A DNA stretch of 64,000 nt from Lama guanicoe (taxonomy: Eukaryota). Positions 26,501-39,245 of the stretch are shown piece by piece. The notes beneath the pieces are model-generated. The model was not told where the DNA came from. It saw nothing but the letters and a program-made list of their open reading frames with translations, and searched no databases. The first letter of the stretch is position 1. Each line of letters starts with the position of its first letter. Position numbers and translations under genes: made by a program. The stretch covers positions 2,119,518 to 2,183,517 of the forward strand of contig MU053810.1 of NCBI GenBank assembly GCA_013239625.1, in the 5' to 3' direction.

Positions 26501-27087
26501 GTTTTGACTACAGATTTTTCTCATCCGTGACTGTGGACACATGTCCTGAAGACAACTCTTTTCACTTTTTCACATTCTCTACCCAACATACTTTGCCATC
26601 AAATCTGTGCCTGACCCAAAGCAGATACATACTAAACATAAAAATTCGGATAATTTTTGAGTGAGTGAGTGAGTAATTACTGAAATAGGCAGAGAAATAA
26701 CTTGAGGACAAATCAGACTTCATCATCACCGTGGGGCATTCTGAGATGTAGGAAACAGAGGCACAGGTGAGCTGGGGTCATCAGTTATGAGAGCCAGTGA
26801 GGTCAGGGCCCAGATGCCCTGCGTGTTGGAAACAGTGTCTAAGAGGTGAGTTCTGTTAGAGTAAATCACCCTCTCCTCCTGGTTGAACTGAAAAAAAAAA
26901 AAAAACCATGGAAACCTTCACAACTCTAAAAGCACAGTATCAATGCAAACATCTTTGAAATCTGTTCTTAGAGAAAATACCATTTAGACTAAGACAACTT
27001 TTACGTTAACAAGACCTACTGAATACCAGACACTGTGCTCTGGCCAGCTAAAATAAGAGATCCCCGAGTTAAGAGCCTTGACCTCAA

Positions 27088-28051
27088 NNNNNNNNNNNNN
27101 NNNNNNNNNNNNNNNNNNNNNNNNNNNNNNNNNNNNNNNNNNNNNNNNNNNNNNNNNNNNNNNNNNNNNNNNNNNNNNNNNNNNNNNNNNNNNNNNNNNN
27201 NNNNNNNNNNNNNNNNNNNNNNNNNNNNNNNNNNNNNNNNNNNNNNNNNNNNNNNNNNNNNNNNNNNNNNNNNNNNNNNNNNNNNNNNNNNNNNNNNNNN
27301 NNNNNNNNNNNNNNNNNNNNNNNNNNNNNNNNNNNNNNNNNNNNNNNNNNNNNNNNNNNNNNNNNNNNNNNNNNNNNNNNNNNNNNNNNNNNNNNNNNNN
27401 NNNNNNNNNNNNNNNNNNNNNNNNNNNNNNNNNNNNNNNNNNNNNNNNNNNNNNNNNNNNNNNNNNNNNNNNNNNNNNNNNNNNNNNNNNNNNNNNNNNN
27501 NNNNNNNNNNNNNNNNNNNNNNNNNNNNNNNNNNNNNNNNNNNNNNNNNNNNNNNNNNNNNNNNNNNNNNNNNNNNNNNNNNNNNNNNNNNNNNNNNNNN
27601 NNNNNNNNNNNNNNNNNNNNNNNNNNNNNNNNNNNNNNNNNNNNNNNNNNNNNNNNNNNNNNNNNNNNNNNNNNNNNNNNNNNNNNNNNNNNNNNNNNNN
27701 NNNNNNNNNNNNNNNNNNNNNNNNNNNNNNNNNNNNNNNNNNNNNNNNNNNNNNNNNNNNNNNNNNNNNNNNNNNNNNNNNNNNNNNNNNNNNNNNNNNN
27801 NNNNNNNNNNNNNNNNNNNNNNNNNNNNNNNNNNNNNNNNNNNNNNNNNNNNNNNNNNNNNNNNNNNNNNNNNNNNNNNNNNNNNNNNNNNNNNNNNNNN
27901 NNNNNNNNNNNNNNNNNNNNNNNNNNNNNNNNNNNNNNNNNNNNNNNNNNNNNNNNNNNNNNNNNNNNNNNNNNNNNNNNNNNNNNNNNNNNNNNNNNNN
28001 NNNNNNNNNNNNNNNNNNNNNNNNNNNNNNNNNNNNNNNNNNNNNNNNNNN
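27088..28051. other. Assembly gap (964 N)
   Basis: Run of n characters. Confidence 1.
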
Positions 28052-28109
28052 NTTTTTTTTTTTTACACATTGCTTTGGAAATATAATAATATTAGTAATA
28101 GTAATAATA

Positions 28110-28320
28110 ATAAAAGTTAATAATAGAAAACATCAAGCACTTACTGTGTGTCAAACACTTTTCTGTTTAAACACTATATGTATTAAGTTTTAATCTCCAC
28201 AACCCTAGTAGGTAAATACTTTAAGTATCCCCAGTTTACAGCTGAGGAAACTGAATCACAGAAAGATGAAAGTATAATATTAAGTGGCAGAGCAAGGGTC
28301 AAACCCAGGCGATCTGATTG
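28110..28320 (-). mobile_element. MIR SINE
   Basis: GCACTTACTGTGTGTCA...TTTACAGCTGAGGAAACTGA...AAGTGGCAGAGC...AAACCCAGG. Confidence 0.75.
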
Positions 28321-28996
28321 TAAACATTAAGTTTTCTATATTTCAACTCTATTTGTTTTATGTTTGTACATAGAAAAAATAATCAAATAAGAAAAATAAA
28401 TCATTAAGATATTCTCAAGGGCCCTAAAAGACAGAAACACACATTTCAATTGCTGGTAACAAACAAAAGTTGGTCAATGAACACAAATAACAATACCTTA
28501 TAAACATTAGAGAAAGTAAAATATACTAAGTTCCAAGGATATGACAGGAGTTGAAAGGTTTCAATGCTCTAACAAAGCAAAAGTTTAACAATAGTTAATA
28601 TTTTAAAAGGTACTCTGTACACCATTCAACTACAGCAAAATGATCAATTTTTTCCATGCTTCTGCTTTTATACTCTTCCTAATTCTAATTTAAAAAATTA
28701 AGGCATCTTTTCTTGTCAATTGAAACTTTATCTTTAAAGATATAAAATGAAAACAAGTCTTGCAAAGAAGCATGTCACAGAATTTACATAAGGGATAAGA
28801 AAGAAATTGTAAGTCAACTTCTCAAGTATAATTTCTGAAAACTTCTTTATGATAAACTACCACGTGCCAGGTAGCACTTTACAATATGAGCAATTTCACC
28901 AGCATAATTACATGAGTTAAGGACTGTCAAAATCACTAATTTATGATACTACCCACTACTTTTCTGAAAAACTCTTATTAATCTATTTCTACTCTT

Positions 28997-29153
28997 TTTT
29001 TTTTTAATTGAAGTACAGTCAGTTACAATGTGTCAATTTCTGGTGTACAGCACAATGTCCCAGTCTTGCATATACATACGTACATACATTTGTTTTCATA
29101 GTTTTTTCCATTAAAGATTATTACAAGATTTTGAGCACAGTTCCCTGTGCTAT
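28997..29153 (-). mobile_element. 5'-truncated L1 tail with 13-bp TSD
   Basis: Poly-T followed by antisense L1 3'UTR; TATTTCTACTCTT at 28984-28996 and 29154-29166. Confidence 0.9.
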
Positions 29154-29441
29154 TATTTCTACTCTTGATCAGCTATGAAAGTTTTATTGGCAATATACTA
29201 GTCCTACTTATTTATTAATTAGCAATCAGTAACCATTAATAGTAAATTACAATAATAGATTTTTCTCAGAAAAGCCTCAGGAAAATATGCTTCAGTGTTT
29301 TCAACTAAAATTATTTGGAAATTACACGATCTTGATTAACTATCACAATTACCACACAACCAAGTCTGAGAAAACAAGGATCAAAATACACTGAAAATAA
29401 TTTTCTGTGAAGCACAAGTCATGAAGCAGAAAGTAACTTAC

Positions 29442-29555
29442 ATCACTCGCCAGGGCAGTGGCCAGCTGGCTTTGCCTAAAAGAAGCACTTTCAAGAGGAT
29501 TGTAATGATGTCTCTTATCCTTCATTTCATTATCAAATTTTTCTTTATATTTAAT
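29442..29555 (-). CDS. NEBL: NEBL exon 8 (114 nt): IKYKEKFDNEMKDKRHHYNPLESASFRQSQLATALASD
   Basis: CAG acceptor, GTAAGT donor. Confidence 0.95.
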
Positions 29556-32439
29556 CTGCCATGAAAGAAAAAAACCAGGATAAATTAAATACCACATTTG
29601 TCTTCAAGCTTTCAAAGGTAACACATTTGAGTTTTAATTAGATCAGATAAAAGCGACTTTAAAAACATATGATAGCTAAGTTTAAATTCCTGGTATTTCC
29701 TCCCATATAAAGCTTAATTAGGCATAAAGGCTTTTTTTTTAATTAAAAAACACCTCTACTTGAACATGGATCATATATGCAATTAGGCATGAACTCAAAT
29801 CCTATTAACAAGAATTATATACTAAGATCTTGGGATTTTTAAATGTCAGTTTCCATTTCTGTATTCCTATTTAATCTACGATCAGTTAGAAACTGAGATC
29901 ACAAATGTCTTAACATCTACCACATTTAGAAAATGTGTGTAAATCTCAGAATCTGAATATGAATTTCCCTAAGAGAATTATTCCAAATGCAGGACATGCC
30001 TCATACCATAGTTTTTCTCATTATTTCCCATTCGTTCAAAAATTCATTGTCAGGGATTACATTCTCTGAAACATCCTGGGTCTATTGAATGTCATTTTTT
30101 TTTATTTCTCTGCTTTAACACCACAGTTGTATTCAACGACAGAACCACCTCCAATCTTCACTGTGGATTTTTTTAAGTAGTCTTAAGGCAACCAAAAAGG
30201 ATTATCAACTTATCCTGCAGAACTATGTTTTTCTTCATGAATAGAGAAATATGTGAGTGTATGTTATGATAAATAACTGGAATATAGATACAAGTTCTTT
30301 ACAAAAATAAACCAAAAATAGCTCATCTCATTTCACATCTGCTTTGATTCCTGCAGTCAGGAAAAGAAGCCTCAAAAGCAAAAGTAGGCTGTTGTGTCCT
30401 CTCATAATATTTTTATTGTATCATGATTCTTAACACAGTTTGTTTTCTTACCACATTCAGAATGCACCTTTATTTGTACATCCTAAGACCCCGCCTTGCA
30501 GAAACTTTACAAAAAAAGCAGTCTTGGAATGGCTCACATTAACTCTCTTAATCGAGTGTGTATCGGGTGATGGTCTGCCCCCAGGGACACAAACCAGGTA
30601 CCTATGGGAGGGAGCTAGCCAAGACCCTGGTGGGAATACATTTGGAAAATACTGCAAGATGGTTCACAGGCAACATTTTCTGTTGTGGTTACACTGGCTA
30701 ATGGTAACTTTTTGATAGTCACGTGGCCTTATAGATTCAAGCAAAATCTCCTTTATTCTAATGAGTTGGCAAGGCCTCTCTGAAACAAGAAAAACTCTAA
30801 TTTTTAAACAATTATTTTGTCTTGAAATCAGGGACAACATCACCAATGGAATAAATGTACAGTTTTTCAACGAAAGAACCCCTCCTTAATGCAATCCATC
30901 CACATATTCATATAGATTTTAAACAGGCCCCCTAGCCCACCTTCTGACTGGTTCACTCACTAACGACATGTTCACATCGAACACTCTACCCTACTTTCAA
31001 ACCACAGTTCGTTCACACATCTCAGTGTCTACCTGCTCAGCACACTCGCATTTCCTAAGGGATCAGGGCAAGGCTCTCCTTTCATCACAACTGGTGACCC
31101 CACCATGGAACAAAGTTATCTTCCTTCCAGTTTTAAGATCATTTGAGATAAGAAGAAACAAGGGTTGGGTGACATCGCTGTGGTTTTAAGGCTGCATGTT
31201 ACCCCTTCTACATAAATCAATCACTTTGGAAACAAATGAAAAGTGATTTACACCTCAGACTGACTTGATCCACACTATGAAGACCATATTTAATGGTCCT
31301 GATGACTACTAACTTTTGCTTTTTACTAATTTTTATTTAAAAACAGGTTAGGTATGTAAGACGAAACTCCTGAAAGTTTTATGAGGAATTTTAACAGACC
31401 CAGAAGGATTTTCAGAGGCCCACTCTCGGAGAAAACACTGGAACTGTTCAAACACAGCTTAACCTGGTTCCTTATAACTGCACCTGAGCAGGGCTGGGGT
31501 TTAATGGTCCAAAGCCTGACTCCAAACTCAGTAGTTCAAAGCTTCCACCACGAGGGATGCTGGGCTTCATGACATCACTCATGGGTCAGATTCACAAAGT
31601 GCCAGAAAAATAGGAAAAAAAAAAAGCAGCCCCTGCACAAAGCTTTTCAGCACAGCCACAGAAACAAAGGCTGGGAAAGAAACGGAAAACTGGATAAGGA
31701 CACTTAATTATCGGTGAAAATGAAAAGTAGACAACAACACAACACCACATATCCATAGGCTACAGTTCCTGCTGACTGTGGATCAAAGTGAACTAAAGGC
31801 TATTGAGGAAGGGAGAAATTAAGCCATTTGTTCAAAGTCACTCCCGGGCCAGCGGCAGAACCAGGAGCTGTTCTCAGGCAGCCCGGCTCCACCGCCCATT
31901 CTCCTGACTACTCAGCCGAACCGCACTGCGTTGCAGGCGCCTGCCCTGCTCCTATACAACCAGTGGGAACTCTCTGCCCCCAGAAAAGGCTGAAATCGTA
32001 AGTCAGGAACCTAAACTGATGCCAGGAGAGCTGCCAGGTGTGTGCCAACATCCTCAGCTCTTCAACGAGTGTTCCCTGGACTGAGAAGAGCTTGGAGGAG
32101 TCATGGCCCTTTGCAGACCCTCCCAAGCTAAGAACATAGTAGGTCTTCTTATTTGCTCAGACATCATTTTACATTCTTCAGTTATAGTTGCAAGACTTTT
32201 GCAACTTGAGCAAGGGACGTTTTCAAAGCTGAAAATACTATCATTGCATACAAACTACTGTTCGTTGTCACTACAGTTGACTTTGCAAATGTTACATCCT
32301 TTTCCAACAAAAGAGTTTTACATTTTTACTTAGTCAAGCATGACTACTCTTTTATAGCTCCTGGATCTCCAGTTTTGTTTAAGAACAACTCTGTTACCCC
32401 TATGTGTTATACACAGTCTCCTGGATTTTCTTTTAGGAT

Positions 32440-33000
32440 TTTTAAATTATTTTATTGTTTACATTCACATCTTTAATCCATCTGGAATTCATTCTGTAGA
32501 TGGTTTAAGATTCCGGTCCAATTTTATTTTTGTCCTGATGGATGGCCAGCTATGTGAGCAACATCTATTAACGAGCCCCACTTTTTCCCACTGACTTGAA
32601 CCAACACTTTCATCATATATTAAATTCTTATACACACTGGAACCTATTTCAGGATTCCCTGCTCTAGCCTACTGATTATTTTATCTCTTACTATACTGAT
32701 CCCATATTGATTTAATTTCATTGGTTTTGTACCATGTTGTGGTGACTCATAGTTTAAGTTCTCCTTCACTTTCATACTTTTAAAGGCTATCCTCAAGCAC
32801 TTCCTTTCCATTAAAACTCTAAGATTGTTTATCCATACTTAAAAAAGAAAACGGTTGGATTCTAATTGAAATTGCATGACATTTATATATTAATTTTGGG
32901 AGAACTGAAAATTTTTATCTGTTGAGATGTTTAGCCAAAATTATGGCATGTTTTTACACTTTTTCAGATTTCTTTTTTAATGATTTCAATGTTTTCTTCA
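32440..33000 (-). mobile_element. Old L1M fragment
   Basis: TCTTTAATCCATCTGGAATT...GGATTCTAATTGAAATTGCAT...TAATTTTGGGAGAACTGA antisense ORF2 motifs. Confidence 0.7.
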
Positions 33001-33430
33001 TTAATATCACCTCTTTTTTACTTTGTGATGAAAGCATTTAAAATGGAGCATATTGCTATTTTTCTTACTAAGTCAGAAGTTGTGTATATGTATGCATAGA
33101 TAGCGATTTAATTACTAATCTAATCTAATTAACAGGACTACGGCTGAATTCTAGAAATCCTAGGAAATGTGACAGCATGGCTGAACTCACTGGAAAAGGT
33201 CAGGACTTGAGCCAGGAGAAAAGAAAACGTCATTTTATGCTTAAAATTAGACTTATTTTACCCCTTACTGAAATTTACAATTTTTGTAATCCTATCTGAC
33301 ATGGCTACAGAAACATTATCGCTGCCTATTCTTGCAATTAAAGATATTATCTAAAATAAAATATTTTTCAGTACTGCTGGAAACAAAATCTCTCAATAAA
33401 ATCATTGTGGAATCATCACTAGAGTCTTAC

Positions 33431-33532
33431 TTGACTAGAAAGTTTAGAAGCTTCCACAGCATGTTCAAAATCTGGTCTTCCAATTACAGCAGGCTCTTTG
33501 TTCATTACTCCTTGTCCTTTCTTGTATTCAGC
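33431..33532 (-). CDS. NEBL: NEBL exon 7 (102 nt): AEYKKGQGVMNKEPAVIGRPDFEHAVEASKLSSQ
   Basis: TAG acceptor, GTAAGA donor. Confidence 0.95.
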
Positions 33533-34126
33533 CTAAAATGAATAAATAAGAGAATGCTAAATATTTCGACTTGCCAATGAAAAATTGCATTGACAATAGC
33601 CAAAATATAATATAACAGACCCTCGATCTATAAAAAAAATTCCTTACAACTCACCAAATACTAAAATGCTGACCACTAAGCTGAAACTGATTTTATAGTG
33701 TGATTATTTAAATAAACAACTTTTTGTAGTAAAATAATTACTCAGTTTGAGTCTATGTGTACAGTCATCATCATCATTGTGTTTATGTTATCCAGGAGAA
33801 AATTTTAGATCACTGAGACCCTGCATGCTACATATGTAGATAAATCTTATGGCTCTGTTCAGTCTTAGGAACTGATCTAACCCTGTTTGGTTAACATGCA
33901 GTTGAATTTAGTGAATAGTTATTGACTTTGTTTAAGGGGAGTAGAGCTTATGTTACGTGAATAATTGGTTCAAGGTAAGTTATCATTTTTAACCAGGATG
34001 TATAGTACATTTAAGTAAGATGGTGTTAACCAAGAAAGAGGTCTCAGAGAAAATAAAACAGCTCTGATGTATAGGAAAACGTCAGCTGAAGAGGATCTGC
34101 ACAGTTAACAGCAAAGGTGGACAATA

Positions 34127-34387
34127 CTGCCAAGGGATGGGGGTGGGAAGGGACAGACTGGGAGTTCAAAATTTGTAGATACTGACAGGCAAATGCAGAA
34201 TAGATAAACAAGATTATACTGTATAGCATAGGGAAATATATACAAGATCTTGTGATAGCTCACAGTGAAAAAAAATGTGACAATGAATATGTGTATGTTC
34301 ATGTGTAACTGAAAAATTGTGCTCTACACTGGAATTTGACACAACATTGTAAAATGACTATAACTCAATAAAAAAAAAGTTAAAAAA
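34127..34387 (+). mobile_element. 5'-truncated L1 3'UTR with poly(A) and TSD
   Basis: ...TACACTGGAATTTGACACAACATTGTAAAATGACTATAACTCAATAAAAAAAA; AAAGGTGGA(C)AATA at 34113-34126 and 34388-34400. Confidence 0.88.
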
Positions 34388-34741
34388 AAAGGTGGAAATA
34401 GAGCCAAGTGAAGTTCTTTGGGACAGAGTAAGAAATAATATGAGACCAGATGATGGACAAACTTGACTTTCAGGCTAAGATATTTGAATGTTATCTGACA
34501 CCTTATATGAACAGTATTTATTTCTTTAAAAGTAGGATAACAAAATCCATAATCAAGCTGAGTTTGGGCAGTTTCTGTGCATACCCAAATAATCTGCATA
34601 GTCACACAGATAAATCAAATAAAAAACCTGAGATGGCATTAATTCAAATTAATTAATTTCACTAACTAAATTAACCATCCAAATACCAAAGCCATGCTTT
34701 GTCTCCTGCAAGAATAAGATAAGATAAGAAAGAGAGATTAC

Positions 34742-34843
34742 ACTGCTTATGATCTTGCTGTTCTGCGTCGCCATCTTGATGTCTGGTCTGTCAAGCCCCG
34801 CCTTATACGTGTGGGTGTCCTGCACATCCTTTCTGTAAAAAAT
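34742..34843 (-). CDS. NEBL: NEBL exon 6 (102 nt): IFYRKDVQDTHTYKAGLDRPDIKMATQNSKIISS
   Basis: CAG acceptor, GTAATC donor, nebulin module. Confidence 0.93.
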
Positions 34844-35108
34844 CTGATCAAAGAGACAGTTTTAATTGAAAAAAAGAGTAAATTCATGCAGTTGCCAGCC
34901 TTGCTGTCCATATCATTATTTATCCTTGCCATAATCATTTTAGAAAGCCCAATGAACACACTTCTTAAAAAAAAAATATTTTATGTGCAACATTGCCTGG
35001 GATAGATATATTCTCTTTTCACTCTGCCGATGCCTCACTGCATATGAACTGAATTTTTACAACATAAGAAATATGACACCAAGACCTTGACTCAGAACCA
35101 ATCGTAGT

Positions 35109-35230
35109 GGGGAGGGGATAGCTCAGTGGTAGAGCACAGTGCTTAGCATGTACAAGGTGCTGGGTTCAAGTACCTCCATTAAATAAATAAACAAACCGAA
35201 CAACTTAATTACCGCCCCCCCCAAAAAAAA
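35109..35230 (+). mobile_element. tRNA-derived SINE, camelid Vic-1 type
   Basis: GGGGAGGGGATAGCTCAGTGGTAGAGC A-box, GGGTTCAAG B-box, AT-rich tail; flanking AACCAATC repeat (35096-35103 and 35229-35236). Confidence 0.8.
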
Positions 35231-36079
35231 CCAATCTTATGAGATTTTATATATACCACCCTCATAAGCATGTCATTCTTTATAAGTGTATATGTGTGTT
35301 ATCACACATAGAATATCCTTATGAAGAGTGTTAACCTGCCCATCCCACAGTCTTGAACCCAGCAGATACAGGATAAGCCCCAGCCCACGAGTATAGAAAA
35401 GTCACTTCCTGGGATGAGGGTGTGTGAAATTTTCGAACTCTCCAACTTTCACCCTCCCAACCACACCTTTCTCTTCCTTTTCTGAGTGCTTCAAATGCTC
35501 ACAGCTGGGACACCCAGTCTTGGGTACTGATAGTTGATTCTAGTAAATATCATTGCAGTGACTTGATCCTCCAGAAATAAAAAGACTTACGGTAAGGAAT
35601 ATTCATCCTCTGAATGCACATTAGATGCAATCAAATCAAAGTGTGGGAAATGGAGGTTTAAAGAGAAAAACATATACATATAAATTTTGCCAAATGTGCT
35701 TCAGGTGATAGTAGCCATTTAGATGAACTTGATTGACCAACAGGAGGAGAGACCAGAAGCAAACTCATGTAATGCCTGGTGAGCAGCATCACAACATCTC
35801 TCCAGTCTGTCTGCTTCTCTGTTTCCTAAGATCAGTCATGAGCTGAAGGAATACCTATTTGCCATGTGGAGTTCTATTTGACAAATTCTCTGTTGGGTAG
35901 TTGACTTGTCCACTACACTAGATTCTACTAAAGTTTTAATTCAAAGGGTGTAGTGAAAGTCATTCTTAGAACCCACTTTCACTTTTTCAAGGCATAAAAG
36001 GTAGAACACAGAAATGTACAACTGAACATCTGTACGAAATGCACAATAAATTGCATTTATATAGAACAAGGATTCCTAA

Positions 36080-36210
36080 TGCCGCCTGCAAACTTGCTGG
36101 GCCACTTATTAAAACTTTAGATTCCCAAGGTCCACCCCTCGTCCTCTGCAACAGAATTTTGGTAAATAGGGCCCAAGAATCTGTGTTTTAATGAATTCTG
36201 CAGTTGACCA
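36080..36210. mobile_element. MER5-like hAT-Charlie fragment
   Basis: AGATTCCCAAGGTCCACCCC...AGAAT...GGGCCCAAGAATCTGTGTTTTAA. Confidence 0.55.
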
Positions 36211-38209
36211 CTGTGATTTCGTGTTCTGGATAATCTCAATGTATCTTATTTTCCTTTGAAACTTGAGGTGTTTAATTCATATTTTGTGATTGGCTTTATT
36301 TGTTTGATAACTATGTAAGCTTAAAAAGCTAAAGCTCTAAATGTCCTTAGAAACAATGAATAGTACATATATGTAAATTTAAAAATATATATGCAGTGAA
36401 AAAAAAAGATTTATCAAACCATGAAAGACATGGAAGAAACTTAAAAGATGAAATGAAAGAAGCCAGTCTGAAAAGGCTACAAACTGTACAATTCCAATCG
36501 AAACTTGAGGTGTTAAAAAAACATTTGTATTCTTGTTTCTTTCAAAAATAATATCAAGTGTAAGAAGTGATAACGCATTAATGTATCGATAGGCTCCCTA
36601 ACACGTTATGTTATTTCAATGAAACATGTATACACAGTTCCATTTAAGAGCTTGCATTGGCTTTGCCACTGATTATTTTATAAACTATGTTTATAATCAT
36701 GAACCTGTCTGGTAAGTGAACACAGCTTTAAATACATTAGCAGAATTTTGGCAAGAACGTCTGTTTTCTTCACCACGTCTATTTCCACAGGCTTTACCAT
36801 AGGTTTTGTGTGCACCGGTAGCAAAAGAAACAAAAATAAAGGGAAAACTGAGTTATTTTGTTGGGTGAGTTTTAAATCTTTAGGGATTTAAAATCAGCCA
36901 ATTTCGATTGCTTTCAAAAAGCAACACACTCATCTACAAGTGCTGGCCAGTCGACCTCAGCCTGCACCGAGTTAAACACAAGCCAGAGGTGTAAACAAAA
37001 ACAGACTTTCAGGAGAAAACAAACAAACCAACCAAAATTATTACCCACCTACCTCACTAACTGTTCCTAAGTTACCACATTCAGATGAAAGCCATAGGGG
37101 GGAAATGTCTTTTTGTTTAGAAAAGAATGAAGGTAGGAATGGAAACCCTGACTTTTTGCAAAGAGCTGCAACCTTTCAGAAACCTACGCCTCACATGGGT
37201 TACCTAATTATACGCTGTTCAGCCTAATGACTGCGTGAAGAGAGGTGAGCAGCACAAAGGCGGCGGGAGCCGGACTCTGAATAGGGCCCCGTCATCCATG
37301 TAAATTGCAAATTAGAGGCCGGCATATGTGACTCAACACAAATATGAAGATTGACAGGAGCTGCACATTCAGACACGCAGACACCACCGAGCCACACAGG
37401 AGGAAAGCTCAGGAGCCTGGCCACGGCAGACCTTCCAGAAGCTCGGGGCTTGGGGATGGTCCAAGGAACGGGGGTTACTTTGAGGGGCACTGGAGGCAGT
37501 TAAGACCCCGATTCTCGCTCTTTGCAAGGATGTCTGAGCTCAGCTGGTGTGGACACGTGGCGGCCTGAGCGGACTCCACCCCTCCCTCCACCTAACCTGG
37601 GACTTAGGGCCGAGGGAGGCTCATCTGACATTTCTCAAATGTCCCCAATATGCATTTACTCCCTCCTGCAGCCCGTCAGAACAGAGGAAGAATAAAAATG
37701 TTACACGACAGAAGAGAGGTGTGTCAGCGGAAGGTCAAAGAATGTATAGATGTATATATTTTTCTATTTCCTGAATAATTCAAACCCTACATGCTCACTG
37801 TATTGAAACAAGGGACAGCCACCCCCTCCACCAATTCTCCAGGCAGTCTTCTCATGATGAGATGATGTTCTTTGTTTTTTGTTTTTTTTTAAACTGTTTT
37901 GAATAAGAAGAAAGACAGAGATTCCTGAAAATCATCAACCCAGGAAGGGTACAAGCCAAAGGGTCAATGACTGATTTTACCTCATTTTATTAAATGTTTT
38001 CTTCCCTACTGTATCAGCAGAGTGCACGAGAGAATGAAAGAGAAGATGGAGGGGGAGAAATAATAACAATAATAATAATAATTTTCAATTTTGGCCATTT
38101 ATTATGTACCAGGTACCCTACTAACGACTGAACATTCGCTGCCTCACTCACACATTTCTTACCTGTATGACTATAAGGATTTACATCCATTAGACCAAGT
38201 TCCCTTCAC

Positions 38210-38460
38210 TATTCTTCTATTTCCATTTTTTTCTTAATTTTAAATGAGTTCTTCTCACTAATGAACATCAGAATAATCCTGCTAAGTCCCATGAAGGAAA
38301 CAAATGGAATTTTAATGGGCATCACACTAAACCTACCAAAATATTTAGGGAAAAATGATATCTCAATAATATTTCAGTCTGTTTCCAGGAGAAGGTATAT
38401 TTCTCCCTTTCTTTAAATCTTTTATTACAGCTTTCCATGAAGTTTCATCCTTACCTTCTA
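38210..38460 (-). mobile_element. Old L1M fragment
   Basis: GGAATTTTAATGGGCATCACACTAAACCTA...TTTAGGGAAAAATGATATCT antisense ORF2 motif. Confidence 0.55.
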
Positions 38461-38779
38461 CAGGTCTTGAACAGGGAAATACAACAGTTATCCTATTATC
38501 ATAACTTTTACACATTTACCTTGTGCCCAAGATAAACTACTTTATCTTTTTAGTAGTATATAACCATATATGATATTTTCTCAAACACGGACTGGTTCCT
38601 TCCTCAGGTTTACCCAGAATTATCACTTTACATTCCTGATCTCTTTCTCCTGCCCTTTTTTTCCCCCAACTGAACTTATTTCCTGGCCCTTTTCCACGTA
38701 CCGGGATCATTTTCCTGAATTATTCCTTTGTAGTGGACATGTGCTTTTTTTTTTTAAATCTGCCTAGCATTTTTTGTTT

Positions 38780-39245
38780 GGAAACTCCCCCTCCCTCACT
38801 CCACGTAATCTGACGAGGCTTCCAATGCAGCCTTTCTTCCTAGTGACAGGAGTGGCCGTGTGACAGCTGTCCAATCAGATGCCCCAACCCTTTGGAAACC
38901 ATGATTAAATAGAAGGCAGAAGCCCAGCTAAGCAAGGCTAGAGTCGTGGGTGGATCTGAGGCTGGGGAGAGGAGCCTCTGCCCCTCCCTCCGGGATCAGC
39001 TGCTGAGAGGATGGCTTAATTTTGGAAATACCAGCCATTGCCTTGAGACCACCTACACTGAGCCTATCGGCACATAGAAGCAAGCAGAGCCAAGAGACGG
39101 AGAGAGAGCAGAGGCCTCCTGACACTGTGGAGTCTCTGGATCCAGTCATGCCTGAAGGTGGCCTGAACTTCCCAATGACACAAGCCAATACATTCTCATT
39201 TTTTCACTCAAGCCAATGTGAGATGAATTTCTGTCACTGATTCTA
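38780..39245 (+). mobile_element. MLT1 (J/K-like) LTR
   Basis: GCAGAGCCAAGAGACGGAGAGAG...CTGGATCCAGTCATGCCTGAAG...AAGCCAATACATTCTC...TTTCTGTCACT. Confidence 0.65.

Noticed and set aside
27035..28193. 328-371 aa ORFs
   Set aside because: Artefacts of translating the N gap
35109..35180. tRNA-like gene (also at 52220)
   Set aside because: A and B boxes are present but followed by a SINE body, tail and TSD; no intact cloverleaf
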